NCBI RefSeq assembly: GCF_000981445.1
Contig: NC_027216.1
Location: forward strand, 1,302,001-1,366,000
Length of the DNA stretch: 64,000 bases
Origin: Babesia bigemina
Lineage: Eukaryota
Reading direction: 5' to 3'
This document shows, piece after piece, positions 25,089 through 37,692 of the stretch; position 1 is the stretch's first letter, and each line of letters begins with the position of its first letter. Below the pieces are notes generated by a model that was given only the letters and a program-made list of their open reading frames with translations, was not told where the DNA came from and made no database searches. The translations under genes and the position numbers were made by a program.

Positions 25089-26828
25089 CTACACGCACTC
25101 TTTTCAGGTAAAATACGTCTAATCTGTGCCCTATTTGGATTTACTCCTTCGCCAATGGCGTACTGGAGTGCAAGGAAGCTGGCGTGGTTCATTAACATTC
25201 AAATGCTGAACGTTTTGTTGTATGGCATTGCTAAAAACCAAAATTTGCGACCACATATAAACACTAACTGTTGCTATTTAAGAGTGATAACGCATTCATC
25301 TAAAATTTTGAATCCCGTGGGAGTTCGCGAAACATTCGATTACATGTGGATTAAAGGGTTTCAGTCATCCGTACGCACCACCTCCGTAATCGCAATGAAA
25401 CTAAGCTTGCCATTTGTATTTTCGTACGTGTTTATATGACTGCGCTCATAAGATCTTAAGAGAGGAGGTAAAACGTATTAGGTGTTGACTCGGAACGAGC
25501 TTATCGCAGTAGTTGTACGCAACTTCGGGTTTTCGTGACACGCTCAGAAAGAATGCACATTGTGCAACATTCCTTCGTGTTTGTTATAACAACGATATGA
25601 ATTAAAACGAGTAATACAACACAGAAGAATTGCGAAAAATCCCAGTCTTTATTTCATGTAATATACGGCTTCAATTTTAGATTTTAATTCATAGTATGAA
25701 TTTTGGAAACTTCAAACAGATAATGCTTTTACATATCATGTAATGTATACTAGTTTGTCTCGACAAAAACATTAAACAACTAATTGTCATTGGAAAGGAC
25801 AGACATCCCATTGGAGCAGATAGCCAACGGTATCGAAGAATTTTCATAAAAAAAGAACCGGAAGAACAAAATGCAAAATATATGAGGTATAATGCTATAT
25901 GTTCTCATATATTGATAATAATACTTATCCATGTTATAAAAATGTTTTGTACTTTTAATCCTCGTCAGTATGCCTAGCATGGATTTCCTTCCCAGCACGC
26001 CAATGACCATAGCGGATCATCTCTACCCTACGGAAATCGTGTTATCAACAATGTATATAAGCACGATCCAGCAATACTTGTTGAGATAATACGGTCACGG
26101 CTGAGTAAACCAACAATAAAAAGATGCTGAACAAACCATTATAGGATGGCTATTACTAACATCAGAGACTTTCCACGCAGCTTGTGCACATTGCGACATA
26201 GAAATGATATATCGGCGCGTAAAGTTATGCAGAGTCTTATGTACACGTATTCGCTTGTGGTACGCCGCCGAAATAGGACGGAGTCGAATAATGCGTTATT
26301 GCTTTAATGAGCAATTTACGTAGATTATTCAACAAAAACAAAGTGTAGCATGTAACGTTATGGAGTACAGTGTTGAAGCACATGATGTACAACAACGTTG
26401 TGCATCTTCAGAATGCGGGGAATGCCTAAAATGACACCCCAAAGGAGCAACGGCTACACTGTTTCCAACGTATTTTTTCGTAATGTTAACGTCCAATCCT
26501 GATGCACTGAAACACTTATGAGCAGTGCCATTGGTAGATTAAATTGCAGAAAGTTATCACAGCTGTGCATATTCAAGCCTGCGAGCAAACAATCGCTGCA
26601 GACCATTAACAGTACGAACAGCCAAATATCAACGCATAAGGTGGCATTTACGCTCTGCGTAATCGTAGACAGTCGACGGAGCGATGTGGCATTGAGGCTG
26701 CCATTTACACAGCTGTGCTCCTTCTCAGAGTGAACTATCAACGGTAACCAGCAGATTCATTCACCCATCTGGATTCCCTTTGACAGTACCTAATTGGAAC
26801 GCTGTTGGTTAAACATTATTTTGGGGCG

Positions 26829-27383
26829 ATGAAAGCATTATTTGCGTTGTTGTGCACTCGCCTGATGCTACTGTCTGCGGTTCCGCATCACTCCGCAAAA
26901 TCCGATGCTCCAAATGGCCTCAGTGCCATCGCACACGTCGGAGATAATATCAACGTGGCTCGTTGCAACTTCTCGAGTCACACGGAGGCCTCGGCTCCAC
27001 CTTTTACTGGAACTGCGCCCAACCCATACTTATGCGAGGTTCCCTTAAGTGACAAACCTACAGCATTGGTATATGTTTGCGACGGTACTTCACACCCGTG
27101 GTCGTGCCCGTCAAAGTGGATGCATCAGGGTGATGTCGTAGGGTTGGACGGCTTGATAGGAAATGTGACATTACGGCAGTACCGATCGGCATCCCAGCAT
27201 AACGTTATCGTTTATACGGCACTTCTGTCTAACGATGGCCCTACGTTACCTGCAATGTGCACATGCGATGCTAAAAACGGTCATCAGTACACCATGAAAT
27301 TCGTAAACCAAGCGTCGTGCGCGTTGTTTGCCGCGTTGCACCTGTTTATCACCGGAGCGATGTTTGCCTTTGAATATTTCTGA
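26829..27383 (+). CDS. Single-domain 6-Cys (s48/45) surface protein, signal peptide plus GPI-like C-terminus
   Basis: MKALFALLCTRLMLLSA signal; cysteines at CNF, CEV, VCD, SCP and CTC in s48/45 spacing; hydrophobic tail ALFAALHLFITGAMFAF. Confidence 0.75.
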   Translation: MKALFALLCTRLMLLSAVPHHSAKSDAPNGLSAIAHVGDNINVARCNFSSHTEASAPPFTGTAPNPYLCEVPLSDKPTALVYVCDGTSHPWSCPSKWMHQGDVVGLDGLIGNVTLRQYRSASQHNVIVYTALLSNDGPTLPAMCTCDAKNGHQYTMKFVNQASCALFAALHLFITGAMFAFEYF

Positions 27384-27568
27384 ACTTCATTATGACGTTA
27401 ATTTGGATATTTAATTACACTGAATGGAACAGGTTTATCATTTACCTACAGGACTTTGTCTACCCCAATACATCTTTCTCGGGCATCGCCGTAGTCTCCT
27501 GATGGCCGGTGTTTGAGGACCATCGGCGTTTAATTATCTCATAATTAAGACATTTCAGTAGCAGAAGA

Positions 27569-28806
27569 ATGAGAAATGATGCCGGTAAACGTCAAGGAGG
27601 AGCGGAGCCCTCGAAGGCATTTAAGCAGCAGAGGACGTCTAACACATTGTCAAAAGAGGAGCATTTGTCGTATTCGGCCTCTGAAGTAAATACTGATTTG
27701 CCTTCCGCAGTTTCTGAGACCTGTGGATCGTCTCCACTGCGCGAGAGGATCCGTCTAAATATGCGAGCGAGGTTTCATCTCGTATCACACTTTTTGTCAC
27801 GAAAACCGACATCCAATGACGTCGAGGAAGAGAAGTGTGAACATGAGGCTAGCGATACTATCTTGACGCTCTGCAAGGTTTTGAACCAACCTTATTCGGT
27901 TGTGCTGACTTCGCTGGTTTACCTGCAGATGTACAGGAACGCCAGCGATCGATGGCGTGAGTCTCTGCAACCATCCGCAGGATCTCCCCGTAAAATGGAA
28001 CGCCACGAACAGTTCCTTATTGCTGCATCATGCGTTTTACTCGCTTGGAAATACCGCGAGGACGATGTGCGCGTTAATAAGTCGAATGGCAAGATTTTTG
28101 AGTTTACATCAGTGTTGTACAAGGTGTATGTTGCACAGAGCAAAAATAGCTCGTCACCACCTTCCGTGTCTCGCTGGATGTTGCAAGACGAGGGCAAGGT
28201 TAGTTTGGTTTAGTACCCCTTCACGATTCTATAGGAAATATTGAAGCTGAAGTCGCAGTTAATAGAACACGAGAACCACCTACTTCACGCTTTAAACTAT
28301 CACGTGGGCCCTGTGCCGCTTCCTCATAAGGTATGTTGCTTGAGCTGTGAGCCTTTTATGTTCCTCAGTTGATTCCGTCATACGTACGGAGGTTCCTTAT
28401 CGCAATTGCTAAAGACTTGTCGGATTTGCAAGATTTGGCCCTAAAGATGGATGATCTAGTCGGATTATTGGTGCTAGATTGCTACAAAACGCGGATTTGT
28501 CTGGACTACACTCCTGGTGAAATTTTGGTGTCGTGTATCTTCAAAGCGGTCAGCTTGCTTACGGTTGCAGGTGCGTACCCGCGCGTCTTATCACCGCAAT
28601 TGGAGCACGAAGGGTACCTCGGCCATATTAAAGAGACAGAGGCTCGCCTAAACACGTTCATTTCAGCGCTCGGAAAATCAGATATAACGGCCGACCGTAT
28701 TGCACAGTGTCTGAACGACATGCGGCGATACGTACGCCCTCCTAGGAAAGGCGAAGTTACGCGTACTGATGGTAACATAGGGGAACGAGAAATTAAGCCT
28801 AGGTGA
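27569..28806 (+). CDS. Cyclin-like protein, 3 exons
   Basis: Cyclin-box-like helices LCKVLNQPYSVVLTSLVYLQMY, FLIAASCVLLAWK, EHENHLLHALNYHV...PH, DCYKTRICLDYTPGEI. Introns ~28199-28234 and ~28331-28368. Confidence 0.8.
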
Positions 28807-28975
28807 ATAGTTTTGGCTGTTTTCTGTCGCAGTGTATGCAACAGTGTTATAGACATGCGTTTTTTACCAGCTGCTCGTTTATAACATTTGGCTATTTACT
28901 CGGTAATGGATGCCGAAGGAGCCTGCCGCTGCCGTACGCCGTTTGTTTGGTATGACGACGTGTACATATCCCAGT

Positions 28976-31381
28976 TCACAGATTCACGTAATTTGCATAA
29001 CGCTCTACATCACACACGCGGCAACGTATAGTTGATAGATCCCTAGTCACCTCATCACGATTCTGTGGTTGGATCCTCCACGGTTCCAAAAAAGAGTTCA
29101 TCCTATGGACGTTACGTTTTCTGGTATGCCGAATAAAGTTAAATGCATCCTGGTATGCTGATTGGGCGTTTACCATTACGGCTTCTGTGGAGTCCCCAGG
29201 AGCGTATGGCACAGCGCTGCTCAATTCATCCTGTTCACTGTCCTCCCTTGTGATGAGTACCACACCGGGTGGCAAACCCGCACGAAGTTCTACATATTCC
29301 GTATTTTCCGAGTTGCTTCTTGATACATGAGATTCGATCGGAATGACGGAGAAGTTGTGCCGTATAGCGGTGTCAACCAAAGATGATTTCTCTTTGTCTT
29401 CAGAGGAATGATACGCATAGCGGCGCCAACATGCACCTTCATCCTTGCTATACTGAACAGATGCCACTAGTTGAGCAAACATGACCCATGGGAGATACTC
29501 TCCTCGCGCGTCGAAGAGGTCGAACCACGATCGGCAAACGTTGCTTTGGAGTTTCCTTGCCCTTCTCAAGAAACACATTAGAGGCACAACCCACCATTCG
29601 ACACTTTCATACTCGCATAAGAATTTTTCATGGTGTACGTATTTGTCAACGTCCACGAGCCATGGCGGCGGGTGCTTCTCCGGTCGCAAAACCCCTAAGA
29701 AAATGTTTGACAGAGTCTGTCGATCTGAATCCGAAAAATGACTTGAGAAACCTCTTTTCAACGTGGTGAATAGTTGTAAAGACCTACTTATTGCCCCTCG
29801 TGGGCCTTCATACTTGCGAAGCGTCTTTGATCCAGCGTACTGCATGGCCAAAGCATCTCCCATTCCCTCGAACATGCCCTTGAAAAGATACACCAAGGGC
29901 TCGAGCTCTGGCACAACGCTTGTATTTAAGCTGTTGGACGGCGTTTCGTCCGTAAAGTTGTGCACCTCGTAATCACACATGCCTTCAGCGGTTTTTACAT
30001 GGATACCCAATAGAGCCAGCTGCCGTTGGAATACGAAGAGTCCAAGCTCCAATGCCATTACGCCAGTTCGATCAAGACAATCAAGACAGCTTGTTCTGAG
30101 CACCCCAAGCTGCAAATTACATATGTTGCCTTTGCGCTCATGAAAGAATCCTACTTCCCCCGCGGTGTGTTCGACGACTTCGGCGATCATTTGGCGTATG
30201 TTTCCCCTTTCCAGAGCGCTTCGTATATTACGGTGTACGTACTGCACTCGAATGGTCCTTGGAAGTTCGACATTTATTGAAGAAATAGCAGACTGGAATT
30301 GGGTGGAGAGCTTTCCTTCCTCTGTTCCCGGGTCGTCGGAAAGAAGATTCAGCATGATTATAGGCGATCCATAGAGAGACAATAACTCCGAAATGTGCAT
30401 TTTCTGAGCCGTGAAGGTGGGATCATTTTGTGTGTATATCAGCGGGGGTTTTTTCATGATGGTCTTACTTTTGTCCTGTGCCCAGAATGCTGGTGCCGAT
30501 CCGCGCACCTGTAAAAATGAAAAAACAGAGGCCGTGCATGTTGCATCATCGAGTATCTGCTCGGTTTCTACGTCGTTTGCCACGTGACCGTCAGAACTGA
30601 TGCCTCGTTTTTTGTATCGTGTTCCCGCGTAGAACCGTGAACGCCTTGCAATCAGGTGTACTGCAAGGATTCTTCCGGATAGGCATACGTTAGTTTGACC
30701 AAAAAATCCGTGAATAACCGTCAGACAAAGGCCAACAGAGTCACGTCCAAAGTGCTCGGCGAAGTTTTTTGCATGGACGAAATTATACCTATACTTTTGG
30801 GTGGCACAGACCGCGTCGAAACGTAACCATGTCTCATCTTCTCTGGTACACGTTGCGTACATTACGTTGCGTTGAAGCGAATTGGCAATGTTATATGTAT
30901 AGCTGAAATAGAAGTTGTTTGAGATATCGAATTGGTTAAATAGATTGCAGTAGTAGGTTTCCATATCATTTTCTGAGCATGGGTAAAACAGTGGCACTAA
31001 AATCTTCCCCCCGATAGAGTAAACATCGTGCTCTTTGATCAGTGTCCCGCATTTTTTTGCGTCAGTAACTACTACGAGGTATGGCCCTTCGGTGAAGGAG
31101 ACGATGCCAAGGATCCCGAAACAATCCGACACCAGAGTGCCAGGGCAGTCATAATCACCTTTTAAAAACGATCTTTTATCGAATTTCTTTGATTCATACA
31201 CATCGACTGTAAAATCCGGTGTATTTTTGAAAAATGTCACCCGGCGATAATCGGTCTGCAGTATGGTGACCTTTTCATTTGTCTGGAATACCCATCCACG
31301 TTTAAGAGAATCCATTCTGACTAGATCAACAAGTAATGTGTTAATCCATGTACAATCTGAGTCTGATATCTCGTCATTCAC
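28976..31381 (-). CDS. SAC-domain phosphoinositide phosphatase (FIG4/SAC3-like); start codon uncertain
   Basis: FYFSYTYN, IARRSRFYAGTRYKKRG...VANDVETEQI, QVRGSAP.FW, catalytic VLRTSCLDCLDRT (CX5R) and GDALAMQYAGS. Confidence 0.92.
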   Translation of the reverse strand: MNDEISDSDCTWINTLLVDLVRMDSLKRGWVFQTNEKVTILQTDYRRVTFFKNTPDFTVDVYESKKFDKRSFLKGDYDCPGTLVSDCFGILGIVSFTEGPYLVVVTDAKKCGTLIKEHDVYSIGGKILVPLFYPCSENDMETYYCNLFNQFDISNNFYFSYTYNIANSLQRNVMYATCTREDETWLRFDAVCATQKYRYNFVHAKNFAEHFGRDSVGLCLTVIHGFFGQTNVCLSGRILAVHLIARRSRFYAGTRYKKRGISSDGHVANDVETEQILDDATCTASVFSFLQVRGSAPAFWAQDKSKTIMKKPPLIYTQNDPTFTAQKMHISELLSLYGSPIIMLNLLSDDPGTEEGKLSTQFQSAISSINVELPRTIRVQYVHRNIRSALERGNIRQMIAEVVEHTAGEVGFFHERKGNICNLQLGVLRTSCLDCLDRTGVMALELGLFVFQRQLALLGIHVKTAEGMCDYEVHNFTDETPSNSLNTSVVPELEPLVYLFKGMFEGMGDALAMQYAGSKTLRKYEGPRGAISRSLQLFTTLKRGFSSHFSDSDRQTLSNIFLGVLRPEKHPPPWLVDVDKYVHHEKFLCEYESVEWWVVPLMCFLRRARKLQSNVCRSWFDLFDARGEYLPWVMFAQLVASVQYSKDEGACWRRYAYHSSEDKEKSSLVDTAIRHNFSVIPIESHVSRSNSENTEYVELRAGLPPGVVLITREDSEQDELSSAVPYAPGDSTEAVMVNAQSAYQDAFNFIRHTRKRNVHRMNSFLEPWRIQPQNRDEVTRDLSTIRCRVCDVERYANYVNL

Positions 31382-31654
31382 CCCTCAGGCGGGTTGAATG
31401 CACTGGTATCGATGTAGCAAAGTTGTACTTTGGTGCAACAAATACAAGGATTCACCGCATTTATCATTTATACATGATCAATGGATACCGCCGTTATACG
31501 GGTTACAATAGAATGATGGAGGCCTTACGCATGTTCCGTAGCATGAGTTGTTACCTTTTAGTGGCATAGCTGTGGAAGTGGGCCCTGTTGCATATTCTAG
31601 TAGGAGTCGTGGCACCGAAGACAGCTCATCAACATCATGAATATTACGCTGACT

Positions 31655-32038
31655 TTACAGTTCCTCTGATTCGGAGATTGGCTCCTCCTCCTCCTCCTCC
31701 TCATCGGCACCTTTATCTCCCCCCAATATGGCTACCTTCCTCAGAGTTCCTGGTATGCACCTTCCAATGGTACGGAAGCACTCGAAGTTGAGTGCCGTTT
31801 CCGTGGTGCAGTACTGCGCTAGTTGGTCAATAGTGCAATCGGTCAAGTAGTGTGCTGCATCCTTGATGCGTTTGATGACCACGTCTGCGCAATTTGAGAA
31901 TATTTACGTACTTAACGAACCGTAATCAAACGCGTCTTCATATTCAGGTTCCGCCGCTGCAGGTGTGGACGCACCCCTGAGAAGTAAGACTACCGCTAGA
32001 CAACGCAGCAGGTTTTTGAAGTGGGCGTGGAAATACAT
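31655..32038 (-). CDS. Small secreted protein (4 Cys in mature part, acidic tail), 2 exons
   Basis: Hand-spliced MYFHAHFKNLLRCLAVVLLLRGASTPAAAEPEYEDAFDY|DVVIKRIKDAAHYLTDC...EEEEEEEPISESEEL. The 36-nt GT-AG intron 31885-31920 keeps frame. Confidence 0.7.
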
Positions 32039-33023
32039 TGCTGCGAGCCGTTAGTTTTTCAACACCGATCGGATACGTTAGCGTGAATCGCACGGCACTA
32101 GTCTCCTAGAAAGTCGTACACCCTGAGCTTATGTACTGCTTGAGAGAGACAGTTTGCTGGCCCGTTCAGCTCCAACTTCTTATGTATATTAACCACACCA
32201 ATAAGATAACCCAGCGGTGGAAATCACATTTTAAGGTATACCTACCGTATGGATAATGTGGAGCCGAAATTAGAATGTCTGAACAGCCCTTGCGCTTTGC
32301 GCATAGGCAAGCTCAGAAGGTCACGTTTGAAATATTTCGAAACCTTGATCAGTAATCACCACCAACAGGTCTATAGATATGACCGAAAATACGTTTTAAT
32401 TGTTGCCGCGAATGTCTAAAATGTTTGACTTTTATATTCGGCAGTAGTGTGTGGAAGGATTGGTCTCTTATGCTACAGGAGGGCACATTACACCCTTTTC
32501 ATTTTTTAATGCCACTACATACACATACACACGTGTATTGTATGACATAGGTGATAATTTCGATCTCTTGTCTAGTTGCTTACATCTTAGCCATACGCTG
32601 TAAGCCAAGCGCTTCTTCGTTAGCAGTGTTACCGCCTTTTGCCTTTTAGTTGTTTTACTGACAACATTGATGATTCATACAGCTGTACAGGGTGAATATT
32701 CTGCGCAAAACGCCAGTGTTGTATTCAAAGAAGGTTGCTTTATATAATCTCCTTACGCTGTGTTGTTCAGGCAGCTCATTGGCGCTATGCTTTTTGGCTG
32801 GACATCCGTATTACTCCAAGAAGTGGTCTAGGACAGTTTATGTTAGTTACACGAAGCCATTGTGCAGATTTTTATGGGTTCAGTTGTAAGCTAATCTTTA
32901 TCGGTTTGCGGAATACCGCCGACGGTGCGTCAGGCTGTTGTTCCTTTATCATCTCTCTACCGTTAATCTGCGGCACATTAATAACTCTAAAGGCGATTTG
33001 TTGATGCTGGTATTAGGTGATTC

Positions 33024-33440
33024 ATGACTGTCGGCCAGGCGCCACGGCTTACGGTCACACCTCCAGACCGTGGGTCTTTCCCTTTGGATCACGAGGGTGC
33101 ATGTAGGACTGTCAGCGACCGTTACGTGAAGTGCGTTCGTGCGCTAAAGGGGAATGCATTTGAATGCCGTTCGTTGGCAGCGGAGTATATGAAATGCCGA
33201 ATTGAAAACAAGCTGCTTGTGGAAGAACCGCTAAGCAACTTTGGCTTCCGCGATTCCGACATAAACCCTGATGTATCAACGGCCAAATCACCGGAGAATA
33301 TTGTGACTGGAGAGTCACTTGTGCGCCCACGCGAAGCCAGGAAGGAATCTCGAGGATTTGTTGCCGGGAGCAGCGTGGTGGAGAACTACGCCAAAGAGCA
33401 GTCCTTCCTCTCACGGATAATGTCTAAGTTCCTAAACTAA
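33024..33440 (+). CDS. COX19: Cytochrome c oxidase assembly protein COX19 (twin CX9C)
   Basis: PPDRGSFPLDHEGAC-X9-C...C-X9-C signature. Confidence 0.92.
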   Translation: MTVGQAPRLTVTPPDRGSFPLDHEGACRTVSDRYVKCVRALKGNAFECRSLAAEYMKCRIENKLLVEEPLSNFGFRDSDINPDVSTAKSPENIVTGESLVRPREARKESRGFVAGSSVVENYAKEQSFLSRIMSKFLN

Positions 33441-33588
33441 AGCGCTGTGATGTTAAAATACTGTATGAAACGCGTTTAATACTCGATTTATCGTTTTTAA
33501 TTAAGGGTACTACATGATTTTCTAAATGCCTTTGAGTCAATCAGATTTGTATATATAGGTGTCGTGAATTGTATTTCCTATCAGCAAT

Positions 33589-36400
33589 ATGACGGACACT
33601 AATCAATCAACATCTGCAGAAGATCAATGGGAGGCGTGCATTTCATATCGCAGGTCAAATGTGACTGTGTGCCGCAACTTATCGCACCTGATGTATCGTC
33701 TACATACGGCTCCGAACCAAAAGCTGAAGTTCATTCTTTCAACGTATTGCATTTCATTCGAGAAAAGCTATAGGGCATCTAAGGTGTGTTTGGAGTTGTC
33801 TTGCTTCGCAAATGCTTGTCAGGTAGATGCTGAGAGACTTATAATGGCCCTTGATCCTGAGTTCCTAGCTTTGATGCTGCGCTCTTCACTGGTGATCGCC
33901 AGTTCTGCGTTGACTCTAATTATATCCCTGCTGTCTAACAAATCGACTGCGAGACATTTGTCGACATTGACTCCTCATGTGGGTGTTTTGGTTTCATTTT
34001 TGGTGGACAACAAAGGTTTCGAGATAGATTCGACAACTAGCGCCCTGATAAAGCAAAGCGCTTCAAGCGTTGAGGTTTTAAAGGCGCGCCTCGTTTCAGA
34101 TTGCCTTTCGTTCTTCCACTCGGTCGCCGATGTTCTGGGCTTGCCAGCGTTTCATGTGATTGATATGGATGTTCCGGATCTCGCCGATGTCGTAGACGAC
34201 CTATCCAGGGATATGTTCGACCTTGTCAGTGATGATGGTACGCCAAATAATACAGCGAACGGTGGGTAGATATTGTTTATGGCTTATTTTCATTTTGTTT
34301 AGTCACTGCTGCGTGTCGTTTGTGCGAGCTTGTTGAGCATCGGGAATTCAAGGAGGTTGCAAGTGAGGTCGAGCATCTCGAACGAGATCTAGATGCTTTG
34401 GCAGCCGCCCATTTGGAGGATGTTGCAGCCGCATCTGCTGAAAACGATGGATGTGACGACGATGGTCATTCCCTAGGAGCGCTTCTGTTAACGGTCGGAA
34501 AATCGGTTTTGGCCGAGTTGTCCAAGAAAGAGCAAATACCACCAGAAGCAATTTCCATCAACTTACTATCACTCAAATGTGCGCTCGAATTGATTGCAGC
34601 TGCGGAATTCGATGAATTGTTTCGGCAGTGCCTATCTAGCGGTAATTTCGATATTATGGCGGTTCTTTTCGACTTGTGCAAATCATCACGTTCGGGTCTA
34701 TTTGGCTCATCCGTCCAAATTCGCGTCGCGCAGGTTGCATCCACCATTCTGGAGCATAGTTCGCACAAGTCCGGCATTGCGCTGGCCAGTTGTTTTTTGG
34801 GACAAATGATTGAACGTCACGGATTTGCCGCAATATCTTCAGACCAGGATGACTGTGGCGTGAATGCTCAGTTGATAAAACGGCTATATGCGCTTGTGAG
34901 CCGTTGTGAGATCGAGATTCACCTAACGCTGCATGACTTCCTCCGGCTGGGATCGGTCAGCACAGACGTGAATGCATCTTTCCGCCTGTTGGAGTCAATT
35001 ATTGTTTGCATCGGAGAGAACGAGTCGATAATGCCTGCATGTCACGTAGGTTCACCTGTTCCATTTTACACGGTCTCAGGATCTCTTCGCCGTCATCCAC
35101 CGCACTATGACAACAGTGTTGGAATTTTTCGACGAAATTGATGATAACAACGGAAAGAAGGCCAATCCACTGCTGAAGTGCTGCTGTCGGTTGATTGGCT
35201 GTTGGATGGCCCTGGAGCCTATGCACCTCAGGAGCCTGGTGGGTAGCGTGTATTGCGTCGATTATTCGTGTGCAGTATCTGAGTAAATTGGGGAAGATAT
35301 TGTCGGTAACATCTCCAGAAGATTTCAACTGGTTGCTTCCTTCGTTTGAATATTTGGATGCCGTCGATTTTGACGGTATAAAAGCGCTTATGCCGTCCTG
35401 CCTTGCGGCCATGTCGTTAGCCTGGGCCACCGTGGTGGGTGATGAGTCTACGGGCTCCACGGACGGCGAAGTTAGACGTGCTTTGTCCATGTGTTATAGA
35501 CTCTTGGAGCGCATGTTCATAGAAGGTGTCAACGACTGTTCGGCTTTTCTCGCGTTGGACGCCGCCGATGCAATACCAGCGTTCACGCCGTTTAAGATGC
35601 GCAGTTTCAACGAGACCATTCTTGATCAAGGCAACACCCATTTCAGTCCCCGCATCCCTCTAGATGTGTCTATGCCTATTCCTATCGACCCAGCTTCACT
35701 TCCTGGTTCGGCTGAGGGGCCTTGCCGAGTGCTACAGTTCATGCAGCATCACTTCCTGTCCGTGCTCTCTCGCTTCCACCCGAAATTGCAGCCGCTATCT
35801 GGAAGTGAAGAGGACAATTTTCTGGACCTAGGTGTGGTACAAGAAGCCTTGGAAAATTCGCTGAAAAACGAGAGTGTTTTGCAAGCCGATTGGTCTCCGA
35901 TTTTATGTGAAGCTGCGCTTGCCACTGCTGCGGTCTGTCTCCTGCGGCTTGGCCAAAGTTATGTGCGCGAATGGATGAACAGCTCTGCTACGTTACTCCT
36001 TATGGTGTGTTGTAACTGGTCGTGCTTTGCATATTGACTCAGGAATGCGTCGCGATGTCGTTCGCGTATGCGAATCCCCGGACTACCGCGGAATATTCCG
36101 CAGTTGATGAAAGCTCTGGTCTGCTATGGCACCGCATTGCGCTGTGTTGTACCATTTTGCTGCAACGCCAACCGCAATTTGTGAACGTGTTCGCGTTCGT
36201 CTGTCGTAAGGTATGTTCCATCTAGTGGATTCCATCGAAATTGCGTCAGCTTCGTTTGAAACCTTTCAAGGCCACCAATGGCAAGCTGGATGCCCTGGTT
36301 GAATCTGGCTGGCTGTCGGCAGATTGCGCGTCTGCCTGTGAGTTCATGTGCACGCTTGTGTCCGCGTTGCGTTAATTGTAGGAGGGAAGATTCCTGTCGG
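33589..36400 (+). CDS. Hypothetical helical protein, multi-exon; 3' end uncertain
   Basis: Consecutive + strand ORFs (226, 273, 280, 67 aa) joined by short GT-AG introns. No recognisable motif. Confidence 0.55.
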
Positions 36401-36480
36401 TTGAACACACCACGCTAACCTCATTAGTCGTTTTAAAATCACAACTTGTCCTATGGACTTTGGTATACCCTAATTCGCCC

Positions 36481-37692
36481 ATGTCTTCCGGCCAAGCTCC
36501 GGACTCTGCTCCGGCCTCGGAGGAGGCAGCCGGAACGGCTGATTCATCGCCATCTGCTAAAGGATGCATCGTAAGAGTGTACAACATTCCAGCTGAGATC
36601 GACGAATCGTCGTTGCAGGAGGTGATGTCTCATTTCGGCCGTGTCCGTCGTTGCCAGGTCATGCTAGGTGAAAGTGCACATTCCGCTGCCGAGGCGTAGG
36701 TATTCCGTTAGTCTTTACACGTGCCGCAGGTTTGTACTGTTCAAGCGCCCTGAAGAGGCCGCCGCCGCAGTTCGCGCTGACGAGAAGTTGGAATGCGGCG
36801 GTTGCACGCTTAAGATAAGTCTCTGGCAGGGCGAGTTCCCCCCGGAGAAGCCTAGTGTCGCCAAGCGCGCATCATCCGGTGGTAACTCCGATGCCTGCTG
36901 GTTTTGCCTGTCGAATTCCGCCTGCGAGGATCACATGGTGGCCCTTGTAGCGGATCACGTGAGTTTAGACACTTTGTTTGTTACGAGCTGCAGAGCTATA
37001 TCGCAATTGCCAAAGGGCCTCTCGCCCCTCTTCACAGCATAGTGACGCCCATTTACCACTACCCGAGTGCAGCTGCGGCCTCTCGTTCTGTATTGGAAGA
37101 TATGCAGCGGCTTATCGACTGCCTGTTCGATCAGTGTTTAAAAAGCGGTTCAGGCGCCATTGCATTCGAGCGGTACATGCCAATGCAAAATCCCTGTGCG
37201 ATGCATACGCAAATACAGGTGATTCCTGTGCCTCTCGACCGCGCCATGGACGCTTTCAACTACGTGAACAGCTCGGAGCACTTTTGCGGCACCCGTGTAG
37301 AGCGCCTGGGTGCTGAGGATCCGACGTCAATCGCCTGCCTCGAGGGCAAGCTGGACGACATTGAGCGATCATATTTCTATCTACAGGCGGTGGGTCGTGA
37401 CAACGAGACGAATCGGGGGTTTATGCACTCTCACTGCCTTTGGACCCTGGGCCACCGCGGCGGCGGTCGCCGGATTCCTATCACATTCGGTCGGGAGCTG
37501 ATTATTCACCTGTTACCGGATTCCGCAGCCGATAACATACCCTGCAAGAACAGCGAATGGTCGTCGCTGGGTCGATCTTGGCGTGAAATGGCGTTGGACT
37601 GGCGCAACTGCTTAACTAGCCGAGATTCCGAGGCGCAACTGTCTCGGGATTTGACCGCAGCCATCATGGGCACTGACAAAGCGCAGAAATAA
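36481..37692 (+). CDS. CwfJ/CWF19-like protein (RRM + CwfJ C-terminal domains), 3 exons
   Basis: RRM (VRVYNIP...FGRVRRC...FVLFK), then CWFCLSN...HMV...YIAIAKGPL..HSIVTPIYH, FERY, HTQIQVIPVP, FGRE and DWRNC. Confidence 0.85.

Noticed and set aside
31315..31381. Non-AUG (GTG) initiation of the SAC phosphatase; likewise GTG/TTG starts given for EF-P and POLD1
   Set aside because: Artefact of the ORF track. Downstream ATGs or an upstream spliced ATG explain the starts.
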